64,000 nt of DNA. Source: Octopus vulgaris (Eukaryota). The stretch spans positions 57,784,001-57,848,000 of the forward strand of contig OX597823.1 in the NCBI GenBank assembly GCA_951406725.2, written 5' to 3'. Below are positions 1 to 14,019 of this stretch, in pieces (the first letter of the stretch is position 1; every line of letters begins with the position of its first letter). The notes beneath the pieces are model-generated. The model had not been told where the DNA came from and did not search any database. It saw only the letters and a list, made by a program, of their open reading frames with translations. Position numbers and translations under genes: made by a program.

Positions 1-77
1 ATTACGAAGTATATCTTCATTCATCGTTAAAATACTGGCAGTATTGTCGTGCTTTAAACGTATTTCGAATGCATACC

Positions 78-309
78 TATTTCTTTACTACCCACAAGGG
101 GCTAAACACAGAGAGGACAAACAAGGACAGACAAACGGATCAAGCCGATTATATCGACTCCGATGTGTAACTGGTACTTATTTTATCGACCCCGAAAGGA
201 TGAAAAGCAAAGTCGACCTCGGCGGAATTTGAACTCAGAACGTAACGGCCGACGAAATACGGCTACGCATTTCGCCCGGCGTGCAAACGTTTCTGCAAGC
301 TCGCCGCCT
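78..309 (-). mobile_element. tRNA-derived SINE, family A (full length)
   Basis: Minus strand starts GGCGGCGAGCTTGCAGAAACG (A-box-like), has B-box GAGTTCAAATTCC and central CATCCTTTCGGGGTCGATAAAATAAGTACC; at least 7 similar copies in the window. Confidence 0.9.
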
Positions 310-611
310 TTTTCGAATGCATACCACGTTAAGCATTTCGTCATTAAAAAGTAGCATTTTGGAGAAATCTCGACAACACACTATATATATATATATTACG
401 TTAATGATCATCAATTTCAATCTGTGGATATTGTATTCAGCATTGAAATACTGAGATGAAATATTGGGCTCTATTAAAATTCTTTGATGCTTCAAGAAAT
501 GTATATTTTGTTGGTTTTTTTTCCTTACTACTCTAAGAGTTGAAAAATAAAAGTAAAAGGATGTACCATATTTAAATGTTTGGAATTATTTTTTATTCTA
601 CTAATAATAAT

Positions 612-716
612 GGTTTAAAATTTTGGCACAAGGCCTGCAAATTTAGGGGAAGGTATAAGTCTGGTACTGACTTTATTAACCTCGAAATGATGAGAGGCAA
701 AGTCAACCACAGCGAA
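612..716 (-). mobile_element. SINE family A, degraded 3' part
   Basis: ggcacaaggcc...ctggtact...ggcaaagtcaacc matches the other family A copies. Confidence 0.7.
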
Positions 717-747
717 AGGTTGACGTTTCTTTTGATAATAGTAATAA

Positions 748-951
748 TCCTTTCTGGTATTGGCACAAGGCCTGAAATTTTAGGGCATTGGTACAGTCGA
801 TTACATCAACCTCAGTGCTCAACTGTTACTTATTTTGTCGACTCCGAAAGAATAAAAGATAAAGTCGACCTCAGCGGAATTTGAACTCAGAACGTAAAGA
901 CGGACGAAATACTGCTAAGCATCTTGCCTAGTGTGGTGATGATTCTGCCAG
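748..951 (-). mobile_element. SINE family A
   Basis: aaagtcgacctcagcggaatttgaactcagaacgta shared with the 78-309 copy. Confidence 0.88.
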
Positions 952-954
952 ATT

Positions 955-998
<44 letters not shown>

Positions 999-1019
999 TG
1001 ATAATGATAATGATAATGA

Positions 1020-1070
1020 TTAAACAAGAAAAGACCGCAGCGAATAGCGAAATCTGAAACCATCATATAT

Positions 1071-1110
<40 letters not shown>

Positions 1111-2630
1111 AGAAAGAAATAACTTCTCCCAGATGCGCCAGCACAGCAGCAAATACCTGAAAATGTAAACAGATGGACTGCAATATCTCTACACAAAAGC
1201 TGCAAACATATGAGTAAAAAAAGATTGCCAGCATTAAAAGGAACCAACAGACGGAAGCTGCTAGATATTACTAAGAAAGTAGATTCTCTTATCAGTAGAA
1301 TAGATACTAAAACTATAGGAGACACTAACTTATTGATCTATGCAGGAGCGGTAGTAGTTACTAGAAGATTAGATATTCCACAAGACAAGATTAGAAAAGA
1401 GCAAATGTGGAAACGGAGATTACAAAATAAAGTGAAGATCTCAATAGAATAGATCTAAGACTAACTAGTGCATTAATGAGTAAAGGGTTAGGAAAAAATG
1501 CCGAATTGGAAGTGTGGAAGCTGTTAACAGGAATGCTTTCAGAAAGCCTTTACGAGCACCTTGACACCCAGAATTTACTGCAAGAAGAGAAATGTTACAG
1601 GAAGAAGGCTAGAGAGACGCATGGTTTATTATACATAGGCAAAGCAATTCTAAATGAAGTAAAAGCTTGACAGGAAAAAGTAACTATATCATGGACAGAT
1701 TATAGGAAAGCTTATGACATGATCTCACACTCATGGATAAGTGAACGTTTGAGTATATTCAGTATAGCAGACAGCGTAAGAGAATTGATTAGCTTTAGCA
1801 CGAAGAGAGGGAAAGTAGATCTCTACTCAGGTGACGCAGACTGAGGGAAGGTTAATATCAAGAGAGAAATTTTCCAAGGGGACGTGTTGTCCCCTTTAAT
1901 ATTTGTCTTAAGTTTGATCCCCCTCAGTTTAGTATTGAGGAAGTCAGAGAATGAATTCAGAAACATTATGGGGAAAATTAACTATCTGCACTACCTGGAT
2001 AATCTGAAGCTTTTTAGTAAGAATGAAAAAGAGACTGATTCCTTAATACAGATTGTAAGACTCTTCAGCAAAGATATAAGCATAGGGTTTGGCATAAATA
2101 AGTGGGCAATATTAGTCATGAAAAGGGGACAGGTAGTCAACGGTGAAGGCATCCAATTACCATATAGCCTGACATTAAAATCATTGAAAGGAAGAGAGAG
2201 TTATAAGTATCTAGGAGTATTAGAATCTGACACAGTACTAACTATAGAAATGCAAAGATCCTATCGGATTCTATGATTCAATGAGACCATGAGATAAAGA
2301 ATAGGAAGTCAGACATAGTCTTAATTGAGAAAGAAAACAACTATGCTGGATCATAGATATAGCATGCCCAGCTGACAACAAGTTATGCGATAAGGAAGAA
2401 AGAAAAGTCGAGAGATATGACAGGTTAGCTTGGGAAGTTAAGCAGTTGTGGTCGATGAATAAGGTAGCAGTAGCACCAATAATTGTTGGCACCCTAGGGA
2501 CAGTGAGCAAAAATCTCGAGAAGTACGTGGAACAAATACGGGGTGCAATAAGGGTGGAGCACTTGCAGAAAACAGCACTGCTTGGAACCGCTCGAATACT
2601 GTGGAAGGTGCTCGAAAAATAAGAGGTGTT
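1020..2630 (+). mobile_element. R4/Dong-clade non-LTR retrotransposon, degraded and internally deleted (RT plus restriction-like endonuclease)
   Basis: Fragments WKRRLQNK, VWKLLTG, WTDYRKAYDMISHSW, FQGDVLSPLIF, YLDNLKLF, YKYLGVLE; C-terminus from 2341 LCWIIDIACPAD...KVERY...PIIVGTLGTV...LQKTALLGTARIL* (stop 2620-2622); (AAT)n on both sides. Confidence 0.88.
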
Positions 2631-2650
2631 ACAACAACAACAACAACAAC

Positions 2651-2720
<70 letters not shown>

Positions 2721-2803
2721 GTAATAGTAATAATAATAATAACAATAATAATAATAATATTAATAATAATAAGAAGAATGATAATGATAATAATATTAAT
2801 AAT
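2630..2803. repeat. (ACA)n/(AAT)n microsatellite
   Basis: Direct inspection. Confidence 0.95.
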
Positions 2804-3008
2804 GATTTCCCATTTTGCCACAAGGTTAGCAATTTTTGCGGAGGGGATGAGTTGATTACATCGATTTCAGTGTTCAACTGGTACTTATTTTATTGACTTC
2901 GAAAGGATGAAATGCAAAATCGACCTCGGCGGAATTTGAACTCAGATCATAGCGACGGACGAAATACAGCTAAGCGTTTTGTGCAAGGTGCTAACGATTC
3001 TCCAGTTC
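2804..3008 (-). mobile_element. SINE family A
   Basis: actggtacttattttattgac...tcgacctcggcggaatttgaactcaga. Confidence 0.88.
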
Positions 3009-3038
3009 ATTACTTTAATAATGATAATAGTAATAATA

Positions 3039-3070
<32 letters not shown>

Positions 3071-3289
3071 AATAACAACAATAGTACAAAGGCTTTTTCC
3101 AGAATGAACTGTCCTACACATGATAGCAGGTATTCCACATATCACCGCTAGTCAGTGATTTTCGAGTACTGTACAGGCGCATGAAGGACGTTTTTGTCGT
3201 TCTTTGCGCATCTAGGGCTCTACGGTACTTGTAGAGCTTATCATAAACTGGCAATCCCACCGCCACCACCACATGAATCTTTAGGCCCC

Positions 3290-3560
3290 CTGACATTCGT
3301 GGTTCATGTTTGCTCCTCTCACCGCTCTGTACTGCATCAGAACAGTGTCAATACACTTGATGAGCTTTGTATTCGACGCTGTTGCTGTGACGTCGTCCGC
3401 TTAAGCTGACACAGTTCTCCCACAGCCTAGTTTACGTGAGATACCTATCTGGGAATCTAGTTTATATAGTTATGGCTGAAGCACCTTCAAGCACCTGAGG
3501 AGCGATAAGGGGCAACTTGACTGATTGGATTTGAATTCTGCCATCACTTTCTGTAGTTTC
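3290..3560 (-). pseudogene. Degraded L1/Tx1-type reverse transcriptase fragment
   Basis: Minus translation QSSCPLSLL...LQP*LYKL...GCGRTVSA*ADDVT...YRAVRGANMN corresponds to RT motifs QGCPLSPLL, YADDV and GAKIN; in-frame stops; edges approximate. Confidence 0.7.
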
Positions 3561-3987
3561 CCTGTAAGTTCGTCGCCCTGAGTTCTTTATTGGGTCATCA
3601 TATATCGACCATATCACGATAAAATGCAAAGTTTTATATGGCTAGGTTTCGAAAGAGGAACATTTAAATGTATTCATAAATATTCCATGATATTTTCGTT
3701 GCTGCTTCGCCTATAGTACAACATTCATATAACGAAAATAAACTTTCGTCTATTTAGTTATTTATATAGTTAAAACATCATAATTTTTAACAAAAATTCA
3801 AGGCCACTCACATTAAAAAGAATGAAGACTCATGAGAATGGTACCATTCTATTTAGTATATTATTCATACATATTTTAACCATTCTGGTGGTACTATTAT
3901 ACGGAAAATTTAAGTCGAAGACCAGGAATATAGAATCGGAAACGAATGAAGCAAAAGCAAATCCGATGCAACTTTTTGTTCAAATCA

Positions 3988-4348
3988 CTGGTACCAGGTT
4001 CAGTCCCGCTGAGTGTCACCTTGGGCAAATGTCTTCTACTATAGCCTCGGGCCAACCAAAGCCTTGTGAGTTGATTCGTAGACGGAACCTATGTATGTGT
4101 GTGTGTGTGTGTGTGTGTGTACGTATGTGTGTTTATATGTTTGTGTGTTTGTGTTTGTCCCCCCCAGCATCGCTTGACAACCGAAGCTGGTTGCTGGTGT
4201 GTTTACACCCCCATAAATTAGTGGTTCGACAGAAGGGACCGATAGAATAAGTACTAGGCTTACGAAGAATAAGTCCTGGGGGTAGATTTGCTCGACTAAA
4301 TGTGGTGCTCCAGCATGACTGCAGTCAAATGACTAATACAAACAAAAA
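3988..4348 (+). mobile_element. tRNA-derived SINE, family B (CORE-like, internal microsatellite), 5'-truncated
   Basis: ggttcagtccc B-box, caccttgggcaaatgtcttctactatagcctcggg core, tail ggtgctccagcatgactgcagtcaaatgact. Confidence 0.88.
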
Positions 4349-4426
4349 TAATACCTACCTACCTATCTATATGTATGAAAGTACGTATACATATATACGT
4401 TGATATACACAAATATATGCACGTAT

Positions 4427-4460
<34 letters not shown>

Positions 4461-4462
<2 letters not shown>

Positions 4463-4564
4463 GGCGGTGCCCCAGCATGGCGGTGCCCCAGCATGGCGGT
4501 GCCCCAGCATGGCGGTGCCCCAGCATGGCCACAGCTCGTGAGCTGAAACTAGATAAAATAAAAA
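4461..4564 (+). mobile_element. Isolated LINE/SINE 3' tail with four 16-bp tandem copies
   Basis: (ATGGCGGTGCCCCAGC)x4, then ATGGCCACAGCTCGTGAGCTGAAAC and A-rich tail; matches the 3' end of the LINE at 39390-39430. Confidence 0.75.
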
Positions 4565-4637
4565 TATATACATATATACGTTGATATACACAAATATATG
4601 CACGTATATACATATATATATATGTATGTGTGTGTGT

Positions 4638-4694
<57 letters not shown>

Positions 4695-7404
4695 AGCATA
4701 CATATGTCCGCATACACAATATATACATAAATACATACATACATACATACGCACACACATGGATAATACATACATTCATACATACATGCATGCATGCATC
4801 CATCCTTCCATACATCCTTCCATACATCCATCCATACATACATACATACATACATACATACATACATACATACATACATACTTACATACATAGACGTAAA
4901 CAAGCCATGAATGAAGGAAACGCGGCGAATATCAGACTTCAGTAGTGCAATACTTTAACATGTTGCTAGTCGATTAAATCGAAGTCACATTGTGGTCATG
5001 TATGGGTCAATATTTATGTTTCATAAACTTACAAGACAGAGTGAAATGGAAAAGCAAATAAAAGTAAAGTGAGCAGGAAACTTTGATGGAGGTTATATAT
5101 ACTTTTAAACGCTTCCATAGTTGATTATAAAGTAACATAATTCCTCTTCACAGATGACAGTCTCTGAGAAGCAAAGCAAATAAGTTTTTTTCCCTTTTTA
5201 TGTTCAATAAGAACAAACATTTTTTTAATATTATTATTATTCATTGATCTCAACTTGTCTTATCACATGACAAATATCCAGGAAATGTACATACAAAACT
5301 GCGTATGCTATTTTAAGCATAAACATACAAATATACGTATATATGTATATGTATATGTATATGCATATGTATATATATATATTTATATATACTTATATAT
5401 ATATATATATATATATATATGAATGTATATATAATATATAAATATATATCATATATATATATAATATCATATATACTTGTGATATATATCTATAAATAAT
5501 ATCATATATGTAGATATATACAGATAGATACAGATATATATCATAAACATATAATATATGTATATATCATATATATTATATATATGATGTATATATATAA
5601 TATAGCATATATATATAATATATATATATGCACATACATATATATATATATAACAACATATACATATATCATATACATACATATATATAAGATCATATAT
5701 ATATATATACTTATTCATACCTACATATATATACATACGTACTTTCATATAAGTATGCTTGTATAAACATATGTGTGTGCGCGTATACACAAGCAAATAT
5801 AAATGCATGAACTATCATGAATACATAAATATTTCGCACGTATATGAATGTGTGTGTGTATATATATTTGTCTATGTGAGTAATCGCTTTTATGTGTGTG
5901 TGTGTGCGTGTATGTGAAAATGTATGAAATGTGTACGTGTATAAACGTACGATTATGAATTCTAAGAATCAATGTCGTCACAGAGTTTTTGTTGGTCCGT
6001 TAAGGAGCATTTAGTCTGTGAAGACAGATGAAAGCTAGATTTACGTATAATTTTATCTATTCCACATTTCTTTTTGTGAGTTTTCGATTGAGCATCTTAT
6101 CTTCTTCAGAAGTTCGTGTGATATTGTGCGGTATATATATTTATGTGAAAATTTTATTGTTAGCCAATTGGTAACACCGGATACTGGTATTTTGACTTCT
6201 GTTTACCTGCCAGTTCCTCTTTCTTTTGACAGTTCGGAGGTGAATACTAGTTAGAAGTTTGTTTATAATACTCGATGTTGCATTATTATATTAAATATTA
6301 TATTATATATCTGGCATTGTTAGTCATTCCTCTTTAGTCGCTGCTGTATTGCCCAATCAGTTGTATTTATTGATGAAAATTATATTTTACTCTCGGATCA
6401 TCCTTTACGAACCGCGTTTTTGAAAAAGGAAAAAAATACCCAATAAAGAACCAGCATATTAAACGTTGCTTAATTGTGTAATATTCAAGCTATAAATTGA
6501 GAATAAGGTCCAGAATAAGTGTTTCTTCTTTGTCGAATGCTAGATGTTTTTTAAGATAAAAGGAACCGAAATATTATTTATCCTCGGGTGTATTGCATTA
6601 AATAAAATCCAGTGTAAAACGTCAATAAATGACCTCCTCTACTGAGTTTTTGTCAAAATATCTGGAAACTATTTACTGAATAAATATACTAAATAAACGC
6701 TTCTAAGTACGCGAAATAAAATATTTTGCGCGATTTATCTCACCATAGACAGTAGTCAGGTCCATTGCGGTAATATCATAGGATGCTACATTCATAAATA
6801 TAGAGATAATTGTTGCGATCTACAGTAATACGTGATTTCAAGAAATACGACTTCATCAGCAGGGTATATATTTTCTTGTGTGCGGAAAAAATTCACTGAT
6901 AATATTTCAGTAATAGTTATTCACCAAGTATCAATTTACCAGTTAGGAAGAATATTCTTTGAAGTTAGGAAAATCTTGAGATTCTACAGAAAGAATAAAA
7001 GTGTTTGTCGGGAAATATGAACCAAACTATGATACCATTTCGCTAATAACATTTCATTTTAGCTAATAGCATTTCATTTTAGAAATATTTTCAAGGTTTT
7101 AACAATGTTTCTAAATTTTTAAATATATTTTGTGAATAATAAATATTTAAGTTGCCTTCTTTTAAACAGTTTATTGACATCATTATGCCAATAATTTACA
7201 AATTGCTTAGGGATGAAATCGCTAATCAATGAATTTTTTTTATTGATAAATGAACTCCAATGAATTTTCTTGTAGCCTAGGCAACAGAATGAACTGTTCT
7301 TTTCTTAATAGATGAGGATTGATTTTTTAATTTTTTTTTAGACATTTGTAACTGTTATTGAATTTGTCTTTCTTTTTATATTTCAATAACTGTCGGACAG
7401 AAGT

Positions 7405-7655
7405 ATTCAAAATTTCAAGCATTAGATTTTTTATTTTTACAGACTGTGAAATGAAAAGGGGATGGACCCAGGTCCTTTTTAAGTCCACTAATGTTAGATG
7501 GGAGGAAGTGAGGAAGTTATCCTCAGGCGAGTATATGAAATAGATGGGACTTTCTTAAATATACCCATGGGGAAAATAGAGTTTTTAAACCGGGCGACGG
7601 ATTATGTTTATCTCAGAAGAAGTAGAACGTTCCTGTAAATGTGTTATCAGACCAT
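7405..7655 (+). repeat. Unclassified diverged repeat, copy 1 (copy 2 at 8493-8755)
   Basis: Shared blocks aatttcaagcatta, cccaggtcc, tgaaatagat, cccatggg, ttttaaacc, acgttcct, gtgttatca in the same order. Confidence 0.7.
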
Positions 7656-8492
7656 AACCGGTTTCCATGTCTCTCACACTATGTTTAGTTGCGTTGAAGC
7701 TGAAGTAGAAAATACGTTAGATCTCACACAATTGGACTGAACACAAAGCTACATAATTACGAACTAAGCATTTTAACCATACAACCATGCTTTCGACATA
7801 AGTACAAATAATGCAAAAAAAAAAAAATACAAACTTGGCCTAGTGTTTAGGTAACCGGTAGGCTGGGCATAAGTCATGGGACTGGTCTCTTGGCAGTAAT
7901 GTAATAGAGCAAGCTAATTTTACTTCGTGTTGGGTCAGTCTTCTCAGACTGCACAAAAGAGTATGGAAACTAAGAAAGCATCCGGGAAAAGTCAACGAAT
8001 GGCCTTCATTCATGATGAGAGATGCACTCATCAGTAGATTGTTATATCTTATCTTCACCTCTTTTTCTATTAAGTAGTGTAGCCAAAACGTATAGCTTCC
8101 ACAGATCAGGATCCCGTCCTTTCTTACCGTGTTTAAACTTATTCACTGTAATCCTTATATAATTTTGTCTGGTACAGACTGTTAGTAGCTCTCTTTTTGC
8201 TTTGAAGGTATTAGTACAGTTTAGTGTGATGTAAGGCCGTAACAGTCTCTCACAAACGTTTATGACTGGGTAGCATGAACCATGGTATCACTAATTGTTT
8301 TAGATGCCTTTACAGTCGACAGAGCAGATTGTCACCCACTCAGTTCTCACACACTTGACTTTGTAACAATCAGAAGATTATACTTGAAAGGAAAGAGAGC
8401 TGCAGTAGGCGATCGGCTAGTTTTATATTTCAGTTGAGTAGATCAAAGAAACAGAAAATCTTATATTTCAAGAAGATGAAGAGAAAAATATT

Positions 8493-8755
8493 CGTAATTT
8501 CAAGCATTAACGTTTTGTTTTTTCACTGTCAAAAGAAGAAGGGATGAGCCCAGGTCCATTTACAAGTCTGTCAAGGTTGGATGGGTGGAAATTAAGAAGA
8601 TATCTTAAGGCCAAAGACCTGGTCCGAATATTTGAAATAGATAGAACTTCGTTAAATATGCCCTGCCCATGGGTGAAAAAGCGGTTTTAAACCAGGTGAG
8701 GGACTATATTCATCTTGCAAGAAAAGGCACGTTCCTTTAAACGTGTTATCACGCA
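8493..8755 (+). repeat. Unclassified diverged repeat, copy 2
   Basis: Collinear with 7405-7655. Confidence 0.7.
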
Positions 8756-9681
8756 ATCCTGCCTAAGAATCCAACCTACAATCTAATAGTCGCGAGCATG
8801 ATATACCAACAACATGACGGTCATTTATCGTCAGCAAAGTCAGGATTTCCTCTCCCATTCCTGTAGTCTTTTAGATCCAATGTACACATACCTGTGCAGA
8901 CTAGCGATTCGATAAAAAGACATCGATTAATTAATTAATATTTTGAAATAAGCAACGGGTTCAATATGATTGAGAAAAATCCCAAAAGTAAAACACCCCT
9001 GCGAGCCATGCCCCAGCGTGGATAAGGTAACGTGACTAAAGACAATAAAAGAAGTACCTAAATTTGGGTTATCTGATGAATATTATAGGTATAAACTGAT
9101 TCTCTGAGAAAAGAATTTATAACTTGCATCTACACTCGGGTTTGCTCAGGTTATTTACACCTAAATTAAGCATAACCACATGAATTTCTTACACGTTAGA
9201 TAAAGGGCATTAAACCGATAATGAAATTGTTAATTCATTCGATAATGTTGTTTCACTCTGACTTATTACATCCCAACCCGCCAAGAAGATGGTTGATTTG
9301 GGGTTTTATAAAAAAGACAAAATTATTGATACAAAAATGAAAACAATTACAGAATATTTACTCTTACATTTTCTCACATTCTCTCGGAAATCAAGACCTT
9401 ATTCCATATACTGTACTAATTTGTTGCATAAAACTAATGATATTGTTTCTCCTTATCTTTTGAATGCAGGGCATTGTTTTTCTACAGATTTTATAATTAA
9501 ATGTTATTTTTTTGCAGGATACGTTTTATGATAGGTAATATAAATAATATCATATTTATATAATTATATTTTCTTCTGCTTAACGTTAAAAGGAAATAAT
9601 TTCTAAAACAAACGCTCGTAGAAAAAGAAAATGACCATCCCGAAATACAACATTTGTTCCAATAAAAGTCTTGCAAAACGG

Positions 9682-9721
<40 letters not shown>

Positions 9722-10011
9722 CATAAATACATATATATATATATATATATACACATATAAATATATTTTTTTATAATTATATACATAATTATAACAAGGG
9801 CTTGGCTTGCGCCTCACCACGCACTGAAAAATAGTAGTCAAAAGACATTATTACCACCATGATTTTTCCAAGAATAAACACACCACGTAGTAGGCTAGCA
9901 AAAGAAAGAAATGTATTATAAATTTCGATCAATATTTATAAAATTTACCAATGAAGTTTTTATTTCCACACTGACCACCTGGCAAAAATCATTAATGATT
10001 TTAAAACTTTA

Positions 10012-10100
<89 letters not shown>

Positions 10101-10314
10101 CACATATATGTGTATATATATACTATAGGACAATCAGTAAGTTCATAATAGAACTCAAAGTTTCAAATACTGGAGCCAAAAGCTTCGAGGCATTTTTATC
10201 GGCTATATATATGCATATATATATATATATATACATACATATATACATACATATATGTACGCACACACATATATATATACACACATATATATATGTATAT
10301 ACATACATATATAT

Positions 10315-10367
<53 letters not shown>

Positions 10368-10650
10368 TATGTGCACACACATATATACATACATACTGAC
10401 ACAGACAGACACACACTCACACACATGCACACACGCACATATATATTATTGAAGTAGTAGCCCCAAGCTATGCATAGGCATCGTTTAAGTTAGTTAAAAT
10501 ATGTTTGTGACATAATTCAACTGCTGCGAGGCAAATTCACTGCAGTTACCGTAGAGAAAATTTTCTCTTATTTTATAAAAGTGTAAAAACATCATATTTA
10601 TTCAGTGTCGCACTCAGTCCGGATTCTCAGACATCGATGTTTCTAGCTAG

Positions 10651-10691
<41 letters not shown>

Positions 10692-10734
10692 TATATATAT
10701 AAATATATATAGTTATTTCCCATTTATAAAAGCC

Positions 10735-10950
10735 AAGGAGCTGTGACCGCGTGTGCATCGTTGGCGACTTTCTTTTCCCGTCTTCCCTTCCTTGAACCTT
10801 TCCTTTTTCTATGTTCTTGACAAAGAGCTCCGCTCGAAACGTTAATTCCCTCTTCTTTCGTTCCTTTCTTGAGCGGCCAATAACACTACACATTTTCCTG
10901 CACGTCCTCGCGTTGTTGTGCTTTCTCTTTGTTCATGCTTGGATTAACTA
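10735..10950 (+). mobile_element. Short non-coding element with hammerhead-like motif (Penelope pLTR-like)
   Basis: TTGACAA-A-GAGC-TCC-GCTC-GAAACGTT at 10817-10843; T-rich tail ending ttggattaactatata; 3' part recurs at 60065-60150. Confidence 0.6.
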
Positions 10951-11135
10951 TATACATACATACATACATACATACAAACATGTCTGCGCGTGGATGAACA
11001 GCAGGGCTCGTCAAACTCAAGGTAAATCAACAGGTGGAGCTCCAGGATTGGCTCCAGGACGATGAAACACATCATGGTTGTGGTATGTTGGTAGTGTGCT
11101 ATAGGCGTGTATTTATAACCACAAATCTATTTCTT

Positions 11136-11217
<82 letters not shown>

Positions 11218-11411
11218 CACATATAAACACGTAGGTACCCAATCCAATATAAACTACAGTCCTAACCCTTGCATGGTTCCAAGTGTAGCGCATGTTATAA
11301 GAACACAAATAGAGTTGAAAATTCACAATTGACAGCTGTTTCGACATTAATAACATGCTGCCGAAACAGCTGTTGTGAATTTCGGACTCCACTATTCTTC
11401 TTATATGTATA

Positions 11412-11459
<48 letters not shown>

Positions 11460-12718
11460 CATACACACATATATATATGCATATGTATGTATATATATAT
11501 ATATGTATATAGGCATGTGTGTGTCGTCGTATGTCTGTTCTGCGTATTTATCGCTTACATGCATGTGTGAATGCGTTGCGCATATATCTGCGCCTGCGCC
11601 CCGTGTGGATGGATAAATAATTGAGTACAATATAGAGCGAAGCTAATTATTATTGGGAATATGAACTCGCAACCGGTCGCCTCATAATTACAATTCTTTA
11701 TCAACTCTCACCATTTCACCTCACCGGCAACCTTGATGATGTTATTTGATAACAATCATCACAGAAAGGTACGTAGTTCACCGATAAGAAATCACTCTTC
11801 TACAAATGACTTGCAGTCGTACAGATTAAAGCAAGCTGAATGATTTTGAATGCGTAATAAAACGTATCGCTAGTTAATTTCTATAGAAGATTTCCACTGC
11901 TTTCGTTGGCTACAAACTTGTTTACATATTATGGTCTTTGGCTAGCTAAATATGTTAACAACATATTGAAAGTAATTCTGCCAAAGTCTTTTCGATAGAA
12001 CTAGATGATTAATCAAAATCTTGATATTAAGATTGAATGCGTCACAAGCAAAAGTCTTTAGAATAATTATATTGAAGATTTCTTAATTGAAAAAGAATTT
12101 ATTGACTTCTCATAAGAATCCCGGCATATGGTGGCTGTACATGTTTACGTCTCTTTGACATCCAATATTAATTTATAGCACTGAATCAATAAGAGGGTAC
12201 GAATAGAGAATAGAATATTCTTATGTTCCATAACGAGAGTGTTTACATTATTCAGTGTGTATACATACGTACACGTACGACACACATATACATATAATAC
12301 AAAGCCACACACGGAATCATACATATATTTATGAATACATGTACACACACACACACACACACATACACAAACTCATATATATACATGTGTTTTGGTACGT
12401 ATGTATGCATATATATTTGTATGTATGAAAGCAGTCGCAGGCCATCAATGAATGTGTGTATGTACCTATACATAGACGTGTGTGTATATATATGAATATG
12501 TTACACACACACACACACATATATATATATACATATATATAAGTGCATATGTGTATATATATATATATACATGGTTGCCTTCATATATGTATATCCTATC
12601 TATCTAGCGACATACCTATTATATATATGTGTGGGTGTATTCATATATATATATACATATACAAATGTATATATATATGTACATATATATATATATACAA
12701 GGATAGAGAAATGTATAT

Positions 12719-12766
<48 letters not shown>

Positions 12767-12771
12767 ATGTA

Positions 12772-12819
<48 letters not shown>

Positions 12820-13006
12820 CATATACAGGCATATATATACCATATACGCGCACACATATTTGTATATCTGAGTGCGTTTACATATTTATATGCAAGATAT
12901 ACCTTCAGTTGTAGCTATATAAATACATCTTACACATAGGCACAAGCTTGTATTACTGTGCTGAGGCACACAACCACACGCATACACAGATACACGGACA
13001 TACACG

Positions 13007-13044
<38 letters not shown>

Positions 13045-13447
13045 TGACTAATGAATAATTAGGAGAATAGTTTCTCCCTCACTATTATTCTTTGTTCACG
13101 TGATTCTTCCTAATAATCTCTTCTCACCCACCTCTGCCTCCACCTACTCCCCTACCTCTCCCTTACTTCTCCTGTCTTCCTCCTCTTTCTCCCCCTATTG
13201 CTCTGATATGTGCTATTATATGTGTAAAATCTTGAACGTGCACACACATAGCAAAATATGTATATTTAGTTGTACACATGCAGACCATCCGGTGTATATA
13301 TATATATATATATATGCGTGTGTATGTGTGTGTGTCTGAGTGTGTGTGAGAATGTGTGTATGTGCGTGCGTGTAAATTCATATGTGCCGTCTAAATTTAC
13401 GTCTCTGTAAGTTTATATGTAAAAATATGTATGTATATATGTGTTTC

Positions 13448-13515
<68 letters not shown>

Positions 13516-14019
13516 TTTGCATATGTATATATATCTATATAGATAATTATGAGTATATATTTATACGTATGTGTATACGTATATATAATATATATGTATT
13601 TGTATATATATATATGTGTATATCTACATATGTATGTGTGTATGTGTTTGTGCCTGTATATATATATATATATTCTCATGCACATCGTTAACATCAATTG
13701 GCCCTTGGGAAAGAAATCACGTCAGAGTGGATATCCTGCGTGCGCATCTTCCGTCGCAGACGATATCTCGTTTGAGCAAACAAACAGACCGCTTTAAGTT
13801 GTGTTTACCTTTGCCAGTATAATTAGTTGATTTGCCTGCGTGGAATCTGACTGACAAATAACTGTGAATATCAGAAATATTGCTCGTTCGCAGGGCTAGA
13901 TGTATCTCTTTATATTTCATAGATTTTGAGATATAATAATATTTTAGAAACGTAGAGATTTATTATTTGCCTTCATTTCCACATTGACGAGCAACTAAAA
14001 TATGTTATTGGTTTCTTAC

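Noticed and set aside
4461-4524. CRISPR-like array
   Set aside because: Contiguous 16-bp repeats without spacers in a eukaryotic context; derived from a retroposon tail
13690-13900. Promoter-like island (TCACGTCA, TGCGTGCGCA)
   Set aside because: Short motifs only, with no downstream gene evidence
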